Notes: generated by a model from the sequence alone, not told the origin. DNA of 63,796 bases, filler included, from Sphacelaria rigidula (GCA_964200075.2; 11 parts of 11 records of this genome joined end to end with filler, not necessarily neighbours in it); one strand, 5' to 3'. Positions 1 through 12,673 are shown, numbered from the whole stretch's first letter. Translations and numbers: made by a program.

Positions 1-3000
1 CGTCGTTGTTATCATCGAAATATCTGTCGAGAGGGTGAAGCGAAACGTAAGATGAGATTAGTCAGCCGCACAGGTGGAAGCAAGCCCATGCAAAGCAGGG
101 CAGGCTTGAAAGAATATGACAAGGGGTCGACTGCCTCCAAATTCGGATTCAGGTTACGTGCTTCGGCCATCACTACGCATTGTCCTCACGAGGTACCCTA
201 ACCAAGAAATGAATGTGACCGCACTTTTGTGTTCTGATATTTGCAGGGACAGTATGGTGAGGAAGCAAAGATATACTGGAAATTATACACTCAATCTCGT
301 TTTGTAACAGCGCGTGCAACGGTCGATTTTGATGGGCTTGGATACCCTCTTCTCCGAGTGTTTTCCTTGTGCCAGTTATGAGGAAGTTGTAACGAAAAAA
401 TACAGTTTGCCTCCTCTTTTACCCCTCTGAGAGGGGAGCTTTGAACGTTTGTTCCAAAACCAGGATTGTCGCTCAATACCTTTAAAGGTCACCGCGCGAA
501 TCTTGCCCACAGGGTATGCCTTCACTATCGAGCTTTGTATTATATAACAAGTTCACAAATACGGCTTCGTGAAACCTGCGGCTCATTACTTGATTCATGA
601 CCGACCACATGTGACTGCTTTCCGGGAATGGCAAGCAACTTCTGCAAAACGTGGCTGAGAACTGGACCAGTGGAGATCATCCGATATGTATCCATCTACA
701 GTAGCGATCCGCTCATGATAATAAACTGAAGATCAGGCTCACCCTGAGTTTCTTGCCTGTTGCACAGGTTGATCATTGCCCACTGCGTTGGCCTCAGTGT
801 AACGGTTATCGCTAAGGATGACCACTTACTCATATTTTTGGAAAAATCAGCCTGATACTTTGAATCCTCGATTCTTGTGGGCGGGTCGCTACTGTAGCGG
901 GATACAAACAGTAGATGCCCCTTGCATGGGGCATTCCCCTAGTGTACGCTGTGGACTCACCCTAGCACGCCTTTGGCATAGTCCAAGTATGGCCCATCAG
1001 GGATGAAACGGTGCATCATGGTGTAGCCGTAGACAGCCCACGCCTGACCTCTGCTCCAAGTGCTCTCGTCAAACGCTCCTTGGTATGTCCCTGCATGTTT
1101 GGTTGTGTTTCATGAATGGCAGACGAGGTTATCCAGAGGAAGAGGGACGGAAGCGGGTACGGACGGGAGCGGGGTGGGGATCAATACGACCCACGCTAGA
1201 TCGAAGTTCACTGCACGGATGCGAGAAATTTCGACTGCGTATTTGAGTTTGGGACAATGAGCCGCCCACCATGTATCTTGAAGACTCGTTTGGCAAGTCA
1301 TGCGCAGAGCCTACGTGCTCAGCGAGTCGGGATCAAGTCCGCTAGGCCCCTACCGCGTGAGTTCATGGTGCCAAGAGATGTAGTGGCGATTCCCCGGGGG
1401 TCATGATGGGTGTCAACGACGCTGTGAAAATTCGGATATGTGCAGTCGGTTAAGGGATCGCATGCCCACAGCAAGAGGTCGGTAGGTTTACAGAGGGAAG
1501 CGGGAAGGGGGAGAGGGAAGAGAGGCAGGCGTAACACCCTGCTCCAAGGTCGCCGAAATCTGGTCTTGAAAAAGTGCTCACGAAGACATTGTACATACGT
1601 GGCATCTAAGCTACTTACTGGAAATGTGCTATATTTGCTCTACACTCGCGTGCGGGTCTCCGTAGAGTCGTTTTCCAGGATTCTCCCTGTCTTCAACGGG
1701 ATCAATAGCCTGGCAGCACAAGCGGCGAACGGCAAATTCAACGATTCTTTCCAAATACTCCCTGGATTCACGTAAAAGACACGAATGTTTGGTTGCGTTC
1801 GTGATAGCCCCATGCGTTCATGGTGAAACGTTCCTGATCCAGGACACAACTACAATCTTACTACCCATTTTCCGCCGCGTGCTTGCTGCAGCACGTGCCT
1901 CATGGAACCCACAACAGGTGAATGAAGGGATCCTTCGACAACCAACACACGAAGTGATCGCGGTCCCGAATATCTCACCTTGGTCCACCAGTTCCCCGGT
2001 TGAATTATCGTAGGCGGCGACGTGGTACGTACTGTCATCATCCCGAACAATATCTTTCCACGTAGTGTCCGCGTGCCTGTGCAATTTAGACGTGTTTTGA
2101 GTGTGTGCGGGGGGAGGCGACAGTGATTGAGTCAAACCCGCAACACATCTGTAACATTCATGCAACCATAGGCACACAACCTTGAATCAAGAGCGCGATA
2201 ATGCATGAAATCATGGTTTTGAAAACCACAACGATACATGAAATCGCCGAGAACTGAAATGAACACTCTTGTGAGCTAGCAACTACGTGTATGCAGATTA
2301 TACCTCGCCCGTCGTGATGCTAACACAAATAGCTGTGTTTTCTTGCCTCGTTGCTATCGAAGTGCGTTCAGCGATGTAGGCGATACTCAGGGCGGGACCC
2401 CGGAATGCAATAGCCGAGAGGAGCTCAGCAACCTCAGAACTTCTCACCCTTCAGCACCTTCGGTCCAAGACTCATCTCCGCCGTTCTCTGCTGACCAGAG
2501 CATGATTTCCATGTTCATCATCATGTCCACGTTAACGGCTCGATCCCAATCCGGTCTTCGGGAGGGGTTTTCCCATGACCAGAAAGCCGGGATTTCTCCC
2601 TGCAGAAACCGTTTGGGGGTACACATGGGCAGTCACACAGAAATGTAAAGAGGATGTTGCTGCATATTTGCCCAGATAGCCCACCAAAGAAATGCCAATA
2701 GCAGCAATGCGATCACATACTGTTTGGCATGAAACTCGGCGAACGAACCCAAAACCTTTGCATCGTGCAAAATTTTAGCACGGCATAATTCGTGTACAGC
2801 ACTGTGGCAAACCCAGGACAATCACGCTTACTGTTTCGCAGGCCAGGCGTAGTTGTGCTTGTCCTCAACCGTTTCGACATGTGTGCACGGACTGCACGGA
2901 CATCCCCTCGACTTCATACTTACTAAAGATGTTTTTTTTTAATTGTTTCGAGCTTCACGCTTGAACAGTTAACGCGGCGACAGTAAACTCACGTCATATC

Positions 3001-4610
3001 TGATATTGTAGAGCGTTTGAGCACCGGTGATGACTTGCTCCTTGTAGTCCTCGTTCCCAGTCAGCTTGTAGCCGAGACCGTACGCGTTGAAAACCTGCGC
3101 CGATCAAAGGATATTACGATCGTCACGGGGAAGTATTCTCGTTCATTTCATTCACAAGCTACTGTAGTACATCGGTGATAATCTAGTCCGGCTGCCATCA
3201 TCTTGTTGCGCGCCAATTTAGGAGAGATAAATCGATGTTCTCTAGGAGAGAGGCGCTTTCGCATGGTGCTTTTCTTATCCTGCACACCGGACTAACTGCC
3301 GCTTCGCCAACACACAATTTCTCACGGAAAAAACACATCAGCTGAGTCGGGACGTGAAATTCGCTCGTGACAGAATCTCTAGAATTAAACTGCGAGCTGC
3401 AGGGAGGGCACGGGATACTCGACAGTCGAGTGTTTACAGTTCGGTTCGAGGCCGGACTCTTGGAACTATGGCAGGGTGACTTTGGATACTAAAATAATAC
3501 AAAACAAGACCTTAGGAGATGCGGGGGTCGAAGTAAATAATGTGAAGAAAAAAGTTGGATGCTCGTCCCGCTGTACCGTGACTGTGACTTGACGCGAGAT
3601 TAACTCGACTCCCCAAATACTGTACCTAGTTTCGTATGCTTCGGGGACTCACCTGGAATCCAACGTCGTTGTCATCAGCGTACTGCGTACCGTCCATAGC
3701 GGCCGTACAACTCTCTGCCGTCTCCTGAGAAGGCAAAGCACAAATACATGAGTTGGCGATCGATGAACACGTTAAGTGGCAAAGGTGCGCTGCCAAGCTC
3801 ACACATGGGTTAAAATTTCGAAACTAGCGGAGAGTGTCTGAGAAGCGGACGCTACTGCACGTTGAGACAAACACCATGTACCATTGCATAGCGTGGGGAT
3901 ATGGTCGATTGATCCTCACCTGCCAATTTTCATCCCCGGTATAGCTGAACAGGTACCAGTACTGCCCGCACACCATACCGCTGCGACAACGCGCGCGCAG
4001 ACGGGATTGGGGGTGGTGAGCCACAATGATGTAGCGGTCTACGCTCATACTCTCAAACTCCCGGAACATTCTACTTGCCAGCAATATGGATGGAAGTCAA
4101 CTATATTGTTTGAGCCATCGTTGCTGCTACTTCCCGAACCAACATCTCACATATTCGTATCCCATGACGCGCACGAGATGTCACGGTCGTCAAACCCCTC
4201 CTACACGAAACGGTTTTACCCAGAAACGATGTGGAAAGGGTAAACGCTACAGGATAAAGTTCAATACTTGAACTTCTCGTTGAAGTAGCTGTGATCCTGC
4301 TTGATTTCGCTGTTGCGATAGGCTAGCTCTGCGGACGCCGTGCCTTCGGTGGACGAGCGCCGGATCCACGAAAGTTTAACCAGAGTCCATCATGGTGCCG
4401 AGGGGAATCGAGAGTGGAGGGTTGTATGCGGTTGAAGAGACGAATATGTGTGGTGGATACCATCCCCGGACGCGAAAGAACAAACCTTGTCCAAACGCTG
4501 TTGTCCTCATACTCTCCGTCGCTGTCAAGTATTATCCAGCTCCCGTTGGTATCAGTGTAGTCTGTGAACACGTCGGGTGACGGCAGTATATCCTCTGCCA
4601 AAGCTGTCAA
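1..4610 (-). CDS. Glycoside hydrolase family 88 (unsaturated glucuronyl hydrolase-like), multi-exon, partial at both ends
   Basis: Exons on minus strand: 4610-4486, 3980-3920, 3724-3653, 3094-2993, 2599-2448, 2076-1979, 1090-961, 23-1. All have AG/GT boundaries with matching phases. Spliced peptide contains GH88 motifs in order: WTSGMVCGQYWYLFSYTGD, DNDVGF, YGLGYKLTGNEDYK, NVDMMMNMEIMLWS, HADTT..RDDDSTYHV, TYQG..STWSRGQAWAVYGY. The last exon (23-1) is the least certain. Confidence 0.93.
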
Positions 4611-5709
4611 CTGCGTCACACAAAACTCTTGTTAACCCATATTTTTTGACGGGCACAACAACGAACACAACGAGGGATACAGTCGGGAAGGATGGATTAC
4701 AACAAAACATCGGGGGGGCTTCGGGAAGGACCGGTGATCGAATCGAGGAAACAGAAGGATATGCAGACTGAACAACTTGTGGAAAACCTGTCGCAAAAAG
4801 CAGCTATGCCTCTGGCTACCCTGGTACATAGTGCGTATGCATTGATGACACCTATCATCATGCATTTTGAAGCATTGTTCAGTCCGCCGGCGAGCGCATA
4901 GTACTTCAAACAACGCCCCTGGGTGAAGGGGTTTGGGGACGAGATATGCTCGTCTCATAATCGGGGGAGAGGGGGGTGTACGCATGATCATGCATACCGT
5001 AGTCGTAAGACCATCGACCACGCATCCCTTTGGAGACGAAGCACGGGGGGGGGGGGGGGGGGGGGCGGGGAATGGTTATGAATCAAGAGGGAGGATGTAC
5101 GCCTTCTAGTGACCATTCGGGCCTTTTTGNNNNNNNNNNGGGGGGGGTGGGGAGGGATAACGAGGTGATGTCCTTCGCGCGGGCGTTGGCCAGCCGGCTC
5201 GATTTTTGGGGGGTGAGGGGGGGGGGGGGGGGGGGGGGGAGGGGAGCGGGGAATGGTTATGAATCAAGAGGTAGGATGTACGCCTTCTAGTGACCATTCG
5301 CGACTTTATGGGCATCATCACCGTTTTTATCCAGGCTCTGACGGAGGGCTTCAATATTTTCACCAAATAACAGAAATGAAACGTTAGGCGTTTTTTGTTC
5401 TTCATTAGAACGTAAAATAGGATGCACGACACTTTCTACGATAGCCCCCCCCCAAAACCAGCTAAAAGTGTCACGAAAAGAATGGCCATAAAGCGCCTGA
5501 TGTTCGGGTTCAGGCTGCATGAAGTGCCTCATTTTGGCAACATCGGCTAGAATAAACCCAAGCGTGGAAATTCCCAGCTTCTAATTGTGCTCGGCTTTTC
5601 CCATTTCGATTTATGTGAAGATTTTGCCTCCCAACACCATGCACTTTTTAGGGGGAGGGGGGGGGGGGGGGGGGGGGCGGTTTTTTTTTTTTTTTTGCTT
5701 TTGTTTTTT

Positions 5710-5809
5710 NNNNNNNNNNNNNNNNNNNNNNNNNNNNNNNNNNNNNNNNNNNNTTAATTAATTAANNNNNNNNNNNNNNNNNNNNNNNNNNNNNNNNNNN
5801 NNNNNNNNN
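5710..5809. other. Artificial contig linker N44-TTAATTAATTAA-N44
   Basis: Identical 100-nt linkers with stops in all six frames also at 11519, 17328, 23137, 28946, 34755, 40564, 46373, 52181 and 57989. Intervening contigs are 5709 or 5708 bp. Confidence 0.99.
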
Positions 5810-5846
<37 letters not shown>

Positions 5847-5892
5847 GGGGGGGGGGGAGGAAGAAAGGGGGGGGGCCCCCCCCCCCCCCCCC

Positions 5893-6275
5893 AGTTGTGC
5901 GGTGTGGGAGAACCGCAACTCCGCACAATGGGGATGATCGTACTATTAATATGTAGTGTTTAAATGGTGAGACATCCATGAGGCAGTCTGAAAGCCGTGG
6001 CTGTCTCTGGACCTGCCGACACCAAAAAATAAAGCAACTCATTGGAGGCTGTCATCCAAAGGCAAGATAAGCAGTAGGCCTCGGGCCGAACAATCTTAGC
6101 CGGGTGCAGCTCATCCTTCACGCAACTCGCCGAACACACCACGGCGCTTCACGCTTGGTGATTGAGTGCGAGCCTGGTCCGACGAAAACCCGGCGTGTTC
6201 CGCCCCGGCTTTGTAGGGATGCGAAGTCAACGGCCTTATGACTATGGCATGGTAGATCATGAGTACACCCCCCCC
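5893..6275 (+). mobile_element. High-copy interspersed repeat, type A, ending ...GATCATGAGTACA-(C)n
   Basis: Homologous copies at 17428-17583 (+), 34523-34754 (+, cut by contig end) and 59400-59775 (-). A hybrid A/B terminus lies at 4970-5045 (-). Confidence 0.85.
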
Positions 6276-8138
6276 GCGCGCCTTCCTTTCACCCCCCTCT
6301 TTTCATTTTTTCGACGAGATAAAATACTTCCGACGCTCAAATTTTGCAGCACCGCGTCTTATGGTTTGAAGTGTGCGACGAAGAACATAAGTCCTGCTTG
6401 CTTTGTGCTGTACTGGTATCCCCGTGGTGATCGTGCTCTTTTGTTCATATGATTGTCAGATAAATATAACGAGTGTAAGCTGGTGGAGCGCACTGGGCGT
6501 CTCAGGGACTCCATATCCGAGTAATTTCCGTTTTATCCACATCATCGAAAAACGAAATTTCAACCAAGGGCGTGTCAATAATATTCTCTCAAGGAAAGCA
6601 AAAGACTCCGAATTTTCGATTTTTTCAGTGGGTAAAACACACACTCGGCGCCCAAGGGGCAGACAAAGAGTCAAACAAATCAAGCTTGTGAAAGCACAGG
6701 GCAGGGCCGCAGACGACGAGTGTGGCCCATCTATCTCAGAACGGAGGGTGTGTGTAGATTATCGTGTTTCATTCGGTATGGGAGGTACGGAGAGTGTTGG
6801 AGCGCGACGTGGAGTTGAAGTCGATAACCCTTGCAGAGCAGAGCCCAGGGGCAAGGTATAGAGTGACAGACTGTGGGCGGATGTGACGGCGCGCCGGGAG
6901 TGGGGAGTATATCCGTAGCACGGACTGGAGATTGGAAGATGACGGTCCCCAGGTTGACGGCCTCGGGACGACTGTCCGGGTTGACAGTCCCGTGTTAGTT
7001 TTTAGTGAGCGGGTCGGGTCATTCAGAGGTGGTGGAATCACACAAGTAACAGCATTTTTCGTTCTCTTACTGTGATTACTGGACTAGAATTGGAATAAAA
7101 TAACATCATTCGGGTACCGTCTGGAAACACCAGTAGCATAGTTGCCATGTATCCTTCGTGTGTGTGTGTTTGTGTTCAATTTATACTTTCGACCTCTCCT
7201 CTTCCTCGTGACAAGTCTGTGGTCTGAAGGGATGAAACCATCTCTCTTCCCCGGTATTCAATTGTGTGACCTATTTTTCCGGGACACAAAGCTGGAGTCG
7301 GAACTGTGGTATAACGGTTGGGACCTATGACCTATCCATGTCACGCCTTATCCCCGGGAGCGTCGTTGTTTGTCGGCCTGTCGATTTTTGTCTCTGGACC
7401 AGAACTTATTACCATCGTTCCGCACGGCTGATTCTTATCGTACTATTAATAATAGCGGATCAGTAAGGCGCCTCATTTTTTTCCCCAAGTTTCCCGAAAA
7501 GCTGTTCGTTACCCCCCTCGACTTTTTCTGAAACAAACACGCTGAAAATTCCCTGACACTGTATTCCCGGGGAAATCTGTGGTCAGTCTTAAAAGTTGAC
7601 CTTTTGCCTGACAAGGTTAACCCCTTGACCGCGAGGGTAGATCGTCTGGTCGTGGGGTAATTTTTGTAAATTGATGCTGATTCAACAGGTGACCGACGCT
7701 CGTGGTAAGATTGAGAAAATCTGCTCTCACATATATCGGAGTTTCCCCCCCTCTCCCGAAAACTCCAGCTTTTTTTTCGGGGGCGGGGGGGGAAAGGACC
7801 CGGTAGTACTATACCCCCTTAATGTTCAACCATCAATCACTCAATCCGCCACACTTGGTTTATCTTTGTGACAGAGACTGGGATATCGTACGGGATCCCA
7901 CGCTAATGTGCGACAGTCAATTAACCAACCATTGACTTCCTGACGAAGTTTGCCTCGCCGTGTATATGTTGTTACATCCCCTGCGAGTACTTTATCTGTC
8001 CCATTTGTCTGCCTTGGTATGTATGCACGGACCCTCAATGTTGTCCGATTTTTGATTCGTTTGTTTTGTCGCATTTTTTGCGCTTCTTTTCAGTCATGAA
8101 ACTTTTTTTATTTTACAGTTGCAGGTTGCCCCCGTAAG

Positions 8139-8582
8139 CAGCCGGTCATCGAAATTGAGGACGGAGCTTGTCATTGAGGATGAGAACCCGAAGGATCAAA
8201 ATCTTCGTATCCACACGAAATCTTCGAAATATATATTATTCCGTTCCTTCACCTGCTGATAACTAGTGACAACTGCTACACGCCCCACAAATTTGGATTT
8301 CAATAACCGAAATGTCGGGGTCCTAGATGAAGAAACAATTTTGAGCAATTCAAGGGATCTGATCGGATCGCCAAAATTCCCCGAAATCGATTTCTCACTT
8401 AGGATCTCAACGTTTCGGTTATCGAAATCCAATTTTTCACGACGTGTAGTACTTGCCAATAACTACCGGTTGGTGAAGAAATGGAACCATATTTCGAATA
8501 TTTGGTGTGGATACGAATATTTTCATCCTCCGCGTTCTCATCCTCAATGAAAAGCTCCATCCTCACTTTCGATGGTCGGCTG
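8139..8582. mobile_element. Foldback MITE, palindromic along its length
   Basis: Left end CAGCCGGTCATCGAAATTGAGGA; right end TCCTCACTTTCGATGGTCGGCTG. Arms stay complementary towards a GATCxGATCGGATC centre. Second copy at 51485-51950. Confidence 0.85.
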
Positions 8583-8798
8583 TTCCATGCTGCCGAACGG
8601 CCGCAAAAAAGTAAGTCGGTCCGAAAATGGCCGTGTCTCGCCGCTTGTCAGGTGCAAAAGCACGTCGGAAAGAAAAAAAAAGTTGTCCTCGCCGTCACGG
8701 GAACTTGATGCTGTCATACTACAAATGTAACCACTACAACAGTATTTGCCTCTCTTCCTTTTTTTGGTTTCTTTTGGTGAACCAACTTTAACTACTAG

Positions 8799-9024
8799 GA
8801 CCAAGTTCAATCAAGCGCTCGACTTCGTGGAGTGGCCGCTATCCCTTGAGGAGATAACCCTGGGTGATTGCTACGACCGAACGGTCAACGACGTGGCGTG
8901 GCCCGCCAATCTGAAGCGGCTCACGTTTGGCTGGCACTTCAACCAACCCGTCGCAGACACGACTTGGCCGGACGGACTGAGAGAAATCACTTTCGGCTGG
9001 GTGTTCAACTGTCCCGTCGACCAG
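8799..9024 (+). CDS. Internal exon of an FNIP-repeat protein
   Basis: Boundaries ctag|GACC and CCAG|gtcag. Translation has a 22-aa period: FNQALDFVEWPLSLEEITLGDC / YDRTVNDVAWPANLKRLTFGWH / FNQPVADTTWPDGLREITFGWV / FNCPVDQ. Confidence 0.88.
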
Positions 9025-9186
9025 GTCAGAAGGGAGGGAAAATTACCAAACACTACTTTAATTGCTCATTATTTTCGCATTTTTGTATATCTGAAAGGTC
9101 GCATATTTGCATTTTGCGTTTTGATATTTTTTTCACTTGCCGCATTTTTTTGCTTTTTTTGTTGTTGTATTTTTTGCCTTTGAGTG

Positions 9187-9438
9187 ATGCTACGGTAGGG
9201 GTGCACAAATATTCTCTGAGATTTGAATTATTAGGAGCCCTGTGTCTCATCCAAAACACCACTTCAGAAATATGTGAGGGTACGCCAGGATAACTATGTC
9301 AATGTGCTACAGAAGAGACATTCCGAATGAATTTGCAAACGGAGATGCCCTCACCCATATTCTCGTGCAATCCAGAATCGTTAGGAGCCCCTGAACCAGA
9401 CAACATTTCGCGCAAAAAGTGCACCCCTACCGTAGCAT
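9187..9438. mobile_element. Small MITE with 20-bp terminal inverted repeats
   Basis: ATGCTACGGTAGGGGTGCAC at the left end and GTGCACCCCTACCGTAGCAT at the right end (perfect inverted repeat). Confidence 0.75.
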
Positions 9439-9789
9439 TGCTCCTTTTTTTGTTTTTTGCATGTTTCTGCATTTTTGCATTTTTGGTTACCTGTGTCGGG
9501 GTGTGAGGCTCCATAGAGTCAACTGTGCATTCATCGTCGGACCGCGAGCCAACAGAGGCGTCAGGCCCTGGCGCGGATGGAGCCGCAGACACTGTTCACG
9601 ATGAGTTGCAGCAGTGTGCTGCCGTGCTGCAACGCTTGAGATAATAGAGGGTGCGCCCGTGCGCTGTCATTGCATCATATTCCGGACTGAAAACGAGGAA
9701 AAGCGTACGATCTGCGCTGTGGTAAATAAACGCGGCGTGCCGCACCAGACAGATCATCTTCGAAGCGAGGTCGAACATAATGACGAGTT

Positions 9790-10960
9790 TCATCTCCCAA
9801 ACCATGCTTTCCCTGACCTAAAGTCATGACAAATGACTTTTATATCTACGACCTCATGTGAATAACCCCCGACCTCACTGAAACGTTTTTGGGGGGTGTC
9901 CGGTCTTCCGCTCCCCCAAAGGGTACATGTACGAAAGCACCATTTTCGGGCTAAAAACATCCCTTTTTTTTACCCCGAAATCGAGGCAAAAAGGTACTTT
10001 CGCATCTTGTACACACCCTTTAACCCTAAGACCCGCGAGGGTAGGTCACCTACGGAATCGACATCAATATTCACTCGAAAAAAGTATGAGTGATCCAGAT
10101 GGACTGTCCGCACCGCGGTCTAAGGGTTAAGAGGGTTTCCTCGAAAAATAAATTGAACATCGAAATGAGGTTCAACTCCAAAACAGTGCTTCCCTGACCT
10201 ACAGTCATGACAAATAACTTTCATGTGGACGGCCTCATGTCCCCCGACCTTCCTGGAACTATTTTGGGAGTTTCCCGTCTTCCGTTCCCCCCAAGGGGTA
10301 TGTATGTGCGAAATCACCTTCTTTTATCAGTTTCGGGAAGAATGGGACGCTATTCAGTCCGATAATAGAGAGTTTCGGAAAACGTTATTTTGTTATTTCT
10401 GAGTGCAAATATCTCGGGATCAGAATGTAGGGGAAAATTATTCCCCCCCTCCGTCAAAAGTGGTATCCCCTGAACTTTTTTTCGATGGTGTTTTTTTATT
10501 TCATTTTACACTTTGTTTTTGAGAGATATATATATGCATTCGGACATAATGAAAAAGCGTTTTCCGAAACTCTCGACTGGTGCTTTTGCCCATACGTACC
10601 TTTCGGGGGAACGGAAGACGGGAAACTCTCGAAAAATAGTTGCAGGGAGGGCGGGGGGCACGATGTCGTCCATACGAAAATTGCTTGTTTTGACGTATTT
10701 GTGTCAATGGTTGTCGAAGAGGGAGTGGATTAGCTCAGGAGAAACATCGTTACGGAGGTGAACGTCATTCAATATTCAATCTCATTTTCGAGGAGACGAG
10801 ACTCCCTTCTTTGGGGGAACAGGAAACAGGAAACGGGAAACCCCCAGAGATAGTCTCAGGGAGGTCGTGGGGCATGAGGTCTTACATATGCAAGTCATTT
10901 GTCATTACTTTAGGTCAGGGAAAGAAATCACTGTTTCGGAGTTGACACCCATTTTCATGT
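9790..10960. mobile_element. Large foldback element made of two direct and two inverted ~130-bp modules
   Basis: Module CCTGACCTAxAGTCATGACAAAT...CTTCCGxTCCCCCAA at about 9812 and 10193 (+), inverted at about 10590-10700 and 10810-10920. Confidence 0.7.
10020..10130. mobile_element. piggyBac-like mini-MITE (~105 bp) flanked by TTAA
   Basis: TTAA-CCCTAAGACC...GGTCTAAGGG-TTAA. Other copies at 27423-27532, 50991-51096 and a partial copy at 7617-7710. Confidence 0.85.
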
Positions 10961-11339
10961 TCAGCCTGGTTTTTGAAGATAATATCTTATCGACCGTCTG
11001 AGTCGCGCACAATGCTTCGCCGCAGGTGAAACACTGTGCGCGGTAAGTGATTTCGCCGAAGCCGGCATAATTAATCGTTCAAGAAGAAAAAGCCAAAGGC
11101 GTTACTAGTCATTGATTTCATGACATTTGTTGCATGGGAGATGGGAGATGGGAGCAGATGAGTGATTCCGCAATCCCCCTCCCCCCCCCCCCCCTCCCTC
11201 CCCCTCCCAGTGGGGAGAAACGATGGCTATACTAGGAAATAGATGGTGGCCACAGACGGCGAAACAGGATGGGGATGAGATATGTAAAAGGTTTTGTGTA
11301 ATGTATGGAAGAAACGTAATGAGCTGCGAAAGAAACGTA

Positions 11340-11473
11340 ATGAGCGCCAGAATGTTGGAGGTGTCTCGATTGGGAGTAGAAACGGTGCTCCGTCTCGAAA
11401 GGGATGAATGGTCAACGGTCGAACGACTAAGGCAAGAAACAAATGAGTGCGCCCCCCCCCCCCCCCCCCCCCC
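11340..11473 (+). mobile_element. High-copy interspersed repeat, type B, ending ...ACAAATGAGTACG-(C)n
   Basis: Consensus GCTCCGTCTCGAAAGGGATGCGTGGTCAATGGTCAAACGACTAAGGCAAGCAACAAATGAGTACG then poly-C. Copies at 34441, 52281, 52681, 58145 and 63726; terminus only at 34855. Confidence 0.88.
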
Positions 11474-12673
11474 ACCACACCCACGCCGCACTGCGTCGGC
11501 CCAGCTACCCCCGACACANNNNNNNNNNNNNNNNNNNNNNNNNNNNNNNNNNNNNNNNNNNNTTAATTAATTAANNNNNNNNNNNNNNNNNNNNNNNNNN
11601 NNNNNNNNNNNNNNNNNNACTGTTTTAGGCTTGAGCCTCATCTCGAAGTTAAACCTCAATTCTCACAATTTGTTGTTCTGTGTTTGAACGTGTCATATCC
11701 TCTACACTGTCGTGTTAACACAAGACGTTGACGTTTGTCGACGTTCACACCCAGGTTCATGTAGTTAGCATTCTCGTGTCGGAGGAAGTGTGACTTGGTC
11801 ACATGTCCTCGGCACCTGGAGATCCGTGTGATCTGTAGTGATTTTGATGCTTTTCATAGATGCTGATTTATGGCTGATTCATGGGCGACTCAGCGCAAAG
11901 TATTATGCCTTTTCATTAGCTGAGTTTTTGTCCCGTGCCTGGCCTGCACTCTGAACCGACCGTGATTACCGTATGAAATGATTATTTGATGAGATTATCA
12001 ATAATCAGGCGTGCTTCAAGATAGCACCCCCACAGGTTGTGTAGGTGAATCGGTCGATGCAACAATCAGCACAACTCAGCTCGTAAATCGTGTCCGAGGA
12101 AAGATACCTCAAGACAACTCCACACAAATGCAGGTTGATATCCGCTTGATGTCAAAGACTCTTGTTCACTCGTATTTGTTATCGCTCTGTTCAATGCTCT
12201 TTCACGTCACTCACCGAGAGATTATAGTTGCCATTGCTCAGCTCCACGTTCGCAAGTGAACCGAGAAGGTAGCTGTTGCCTATTCCCTTTCATCAAACTC
12301 ACATCTGACTTAGTCAAGCTTGATCAGACCCGCAACTGTAAGATCCTGGATTTGTTCATAAACGCCTCCTAGCCTCATGACGGTAACAACTGCGTTTGGG
12401 AAAGGCAAATATGACAGGAAAAACGGTGCTGTGTAACATTTGCATGTCCGGAGTATTTCACCCCGATTTGTTTTTAATTTCCACGACTATCCTCGCCGGC
12501 AAATACCCCTATTTGCTGGTAAGAGCTCAGTCCTTTGGGTCAAGTTTCTCTTCACCGCTCATGTCCTTGTGGTCGCACTGACCATGGCATCAATGTTCTT
12601 TTGTAATGTTTTTATACCTAACGCGTCTGCATGCAGCAGGGAACTTCCCTGCAAGTGCACGTTTCCGCGGCTT

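Noticed and set aside
5068..5300. ~52-bp direct repeat between poly-G tracts
   Set aside because: It flanks an internal N gap and low-quality G runs, so it is probably an unmerged assembly overlap.
5754..5765. Periodic TTAATTAATTAA motif every ~5.8 kb
   Set aside because: Synthetic six-frame-stop linker within N runs.
8799..9024. Endogenous giant virus segment suggested by FNIP repeats
   Set aside because: The exon is spliced and isolated, with no viral core genes or gene-dense intronless region.
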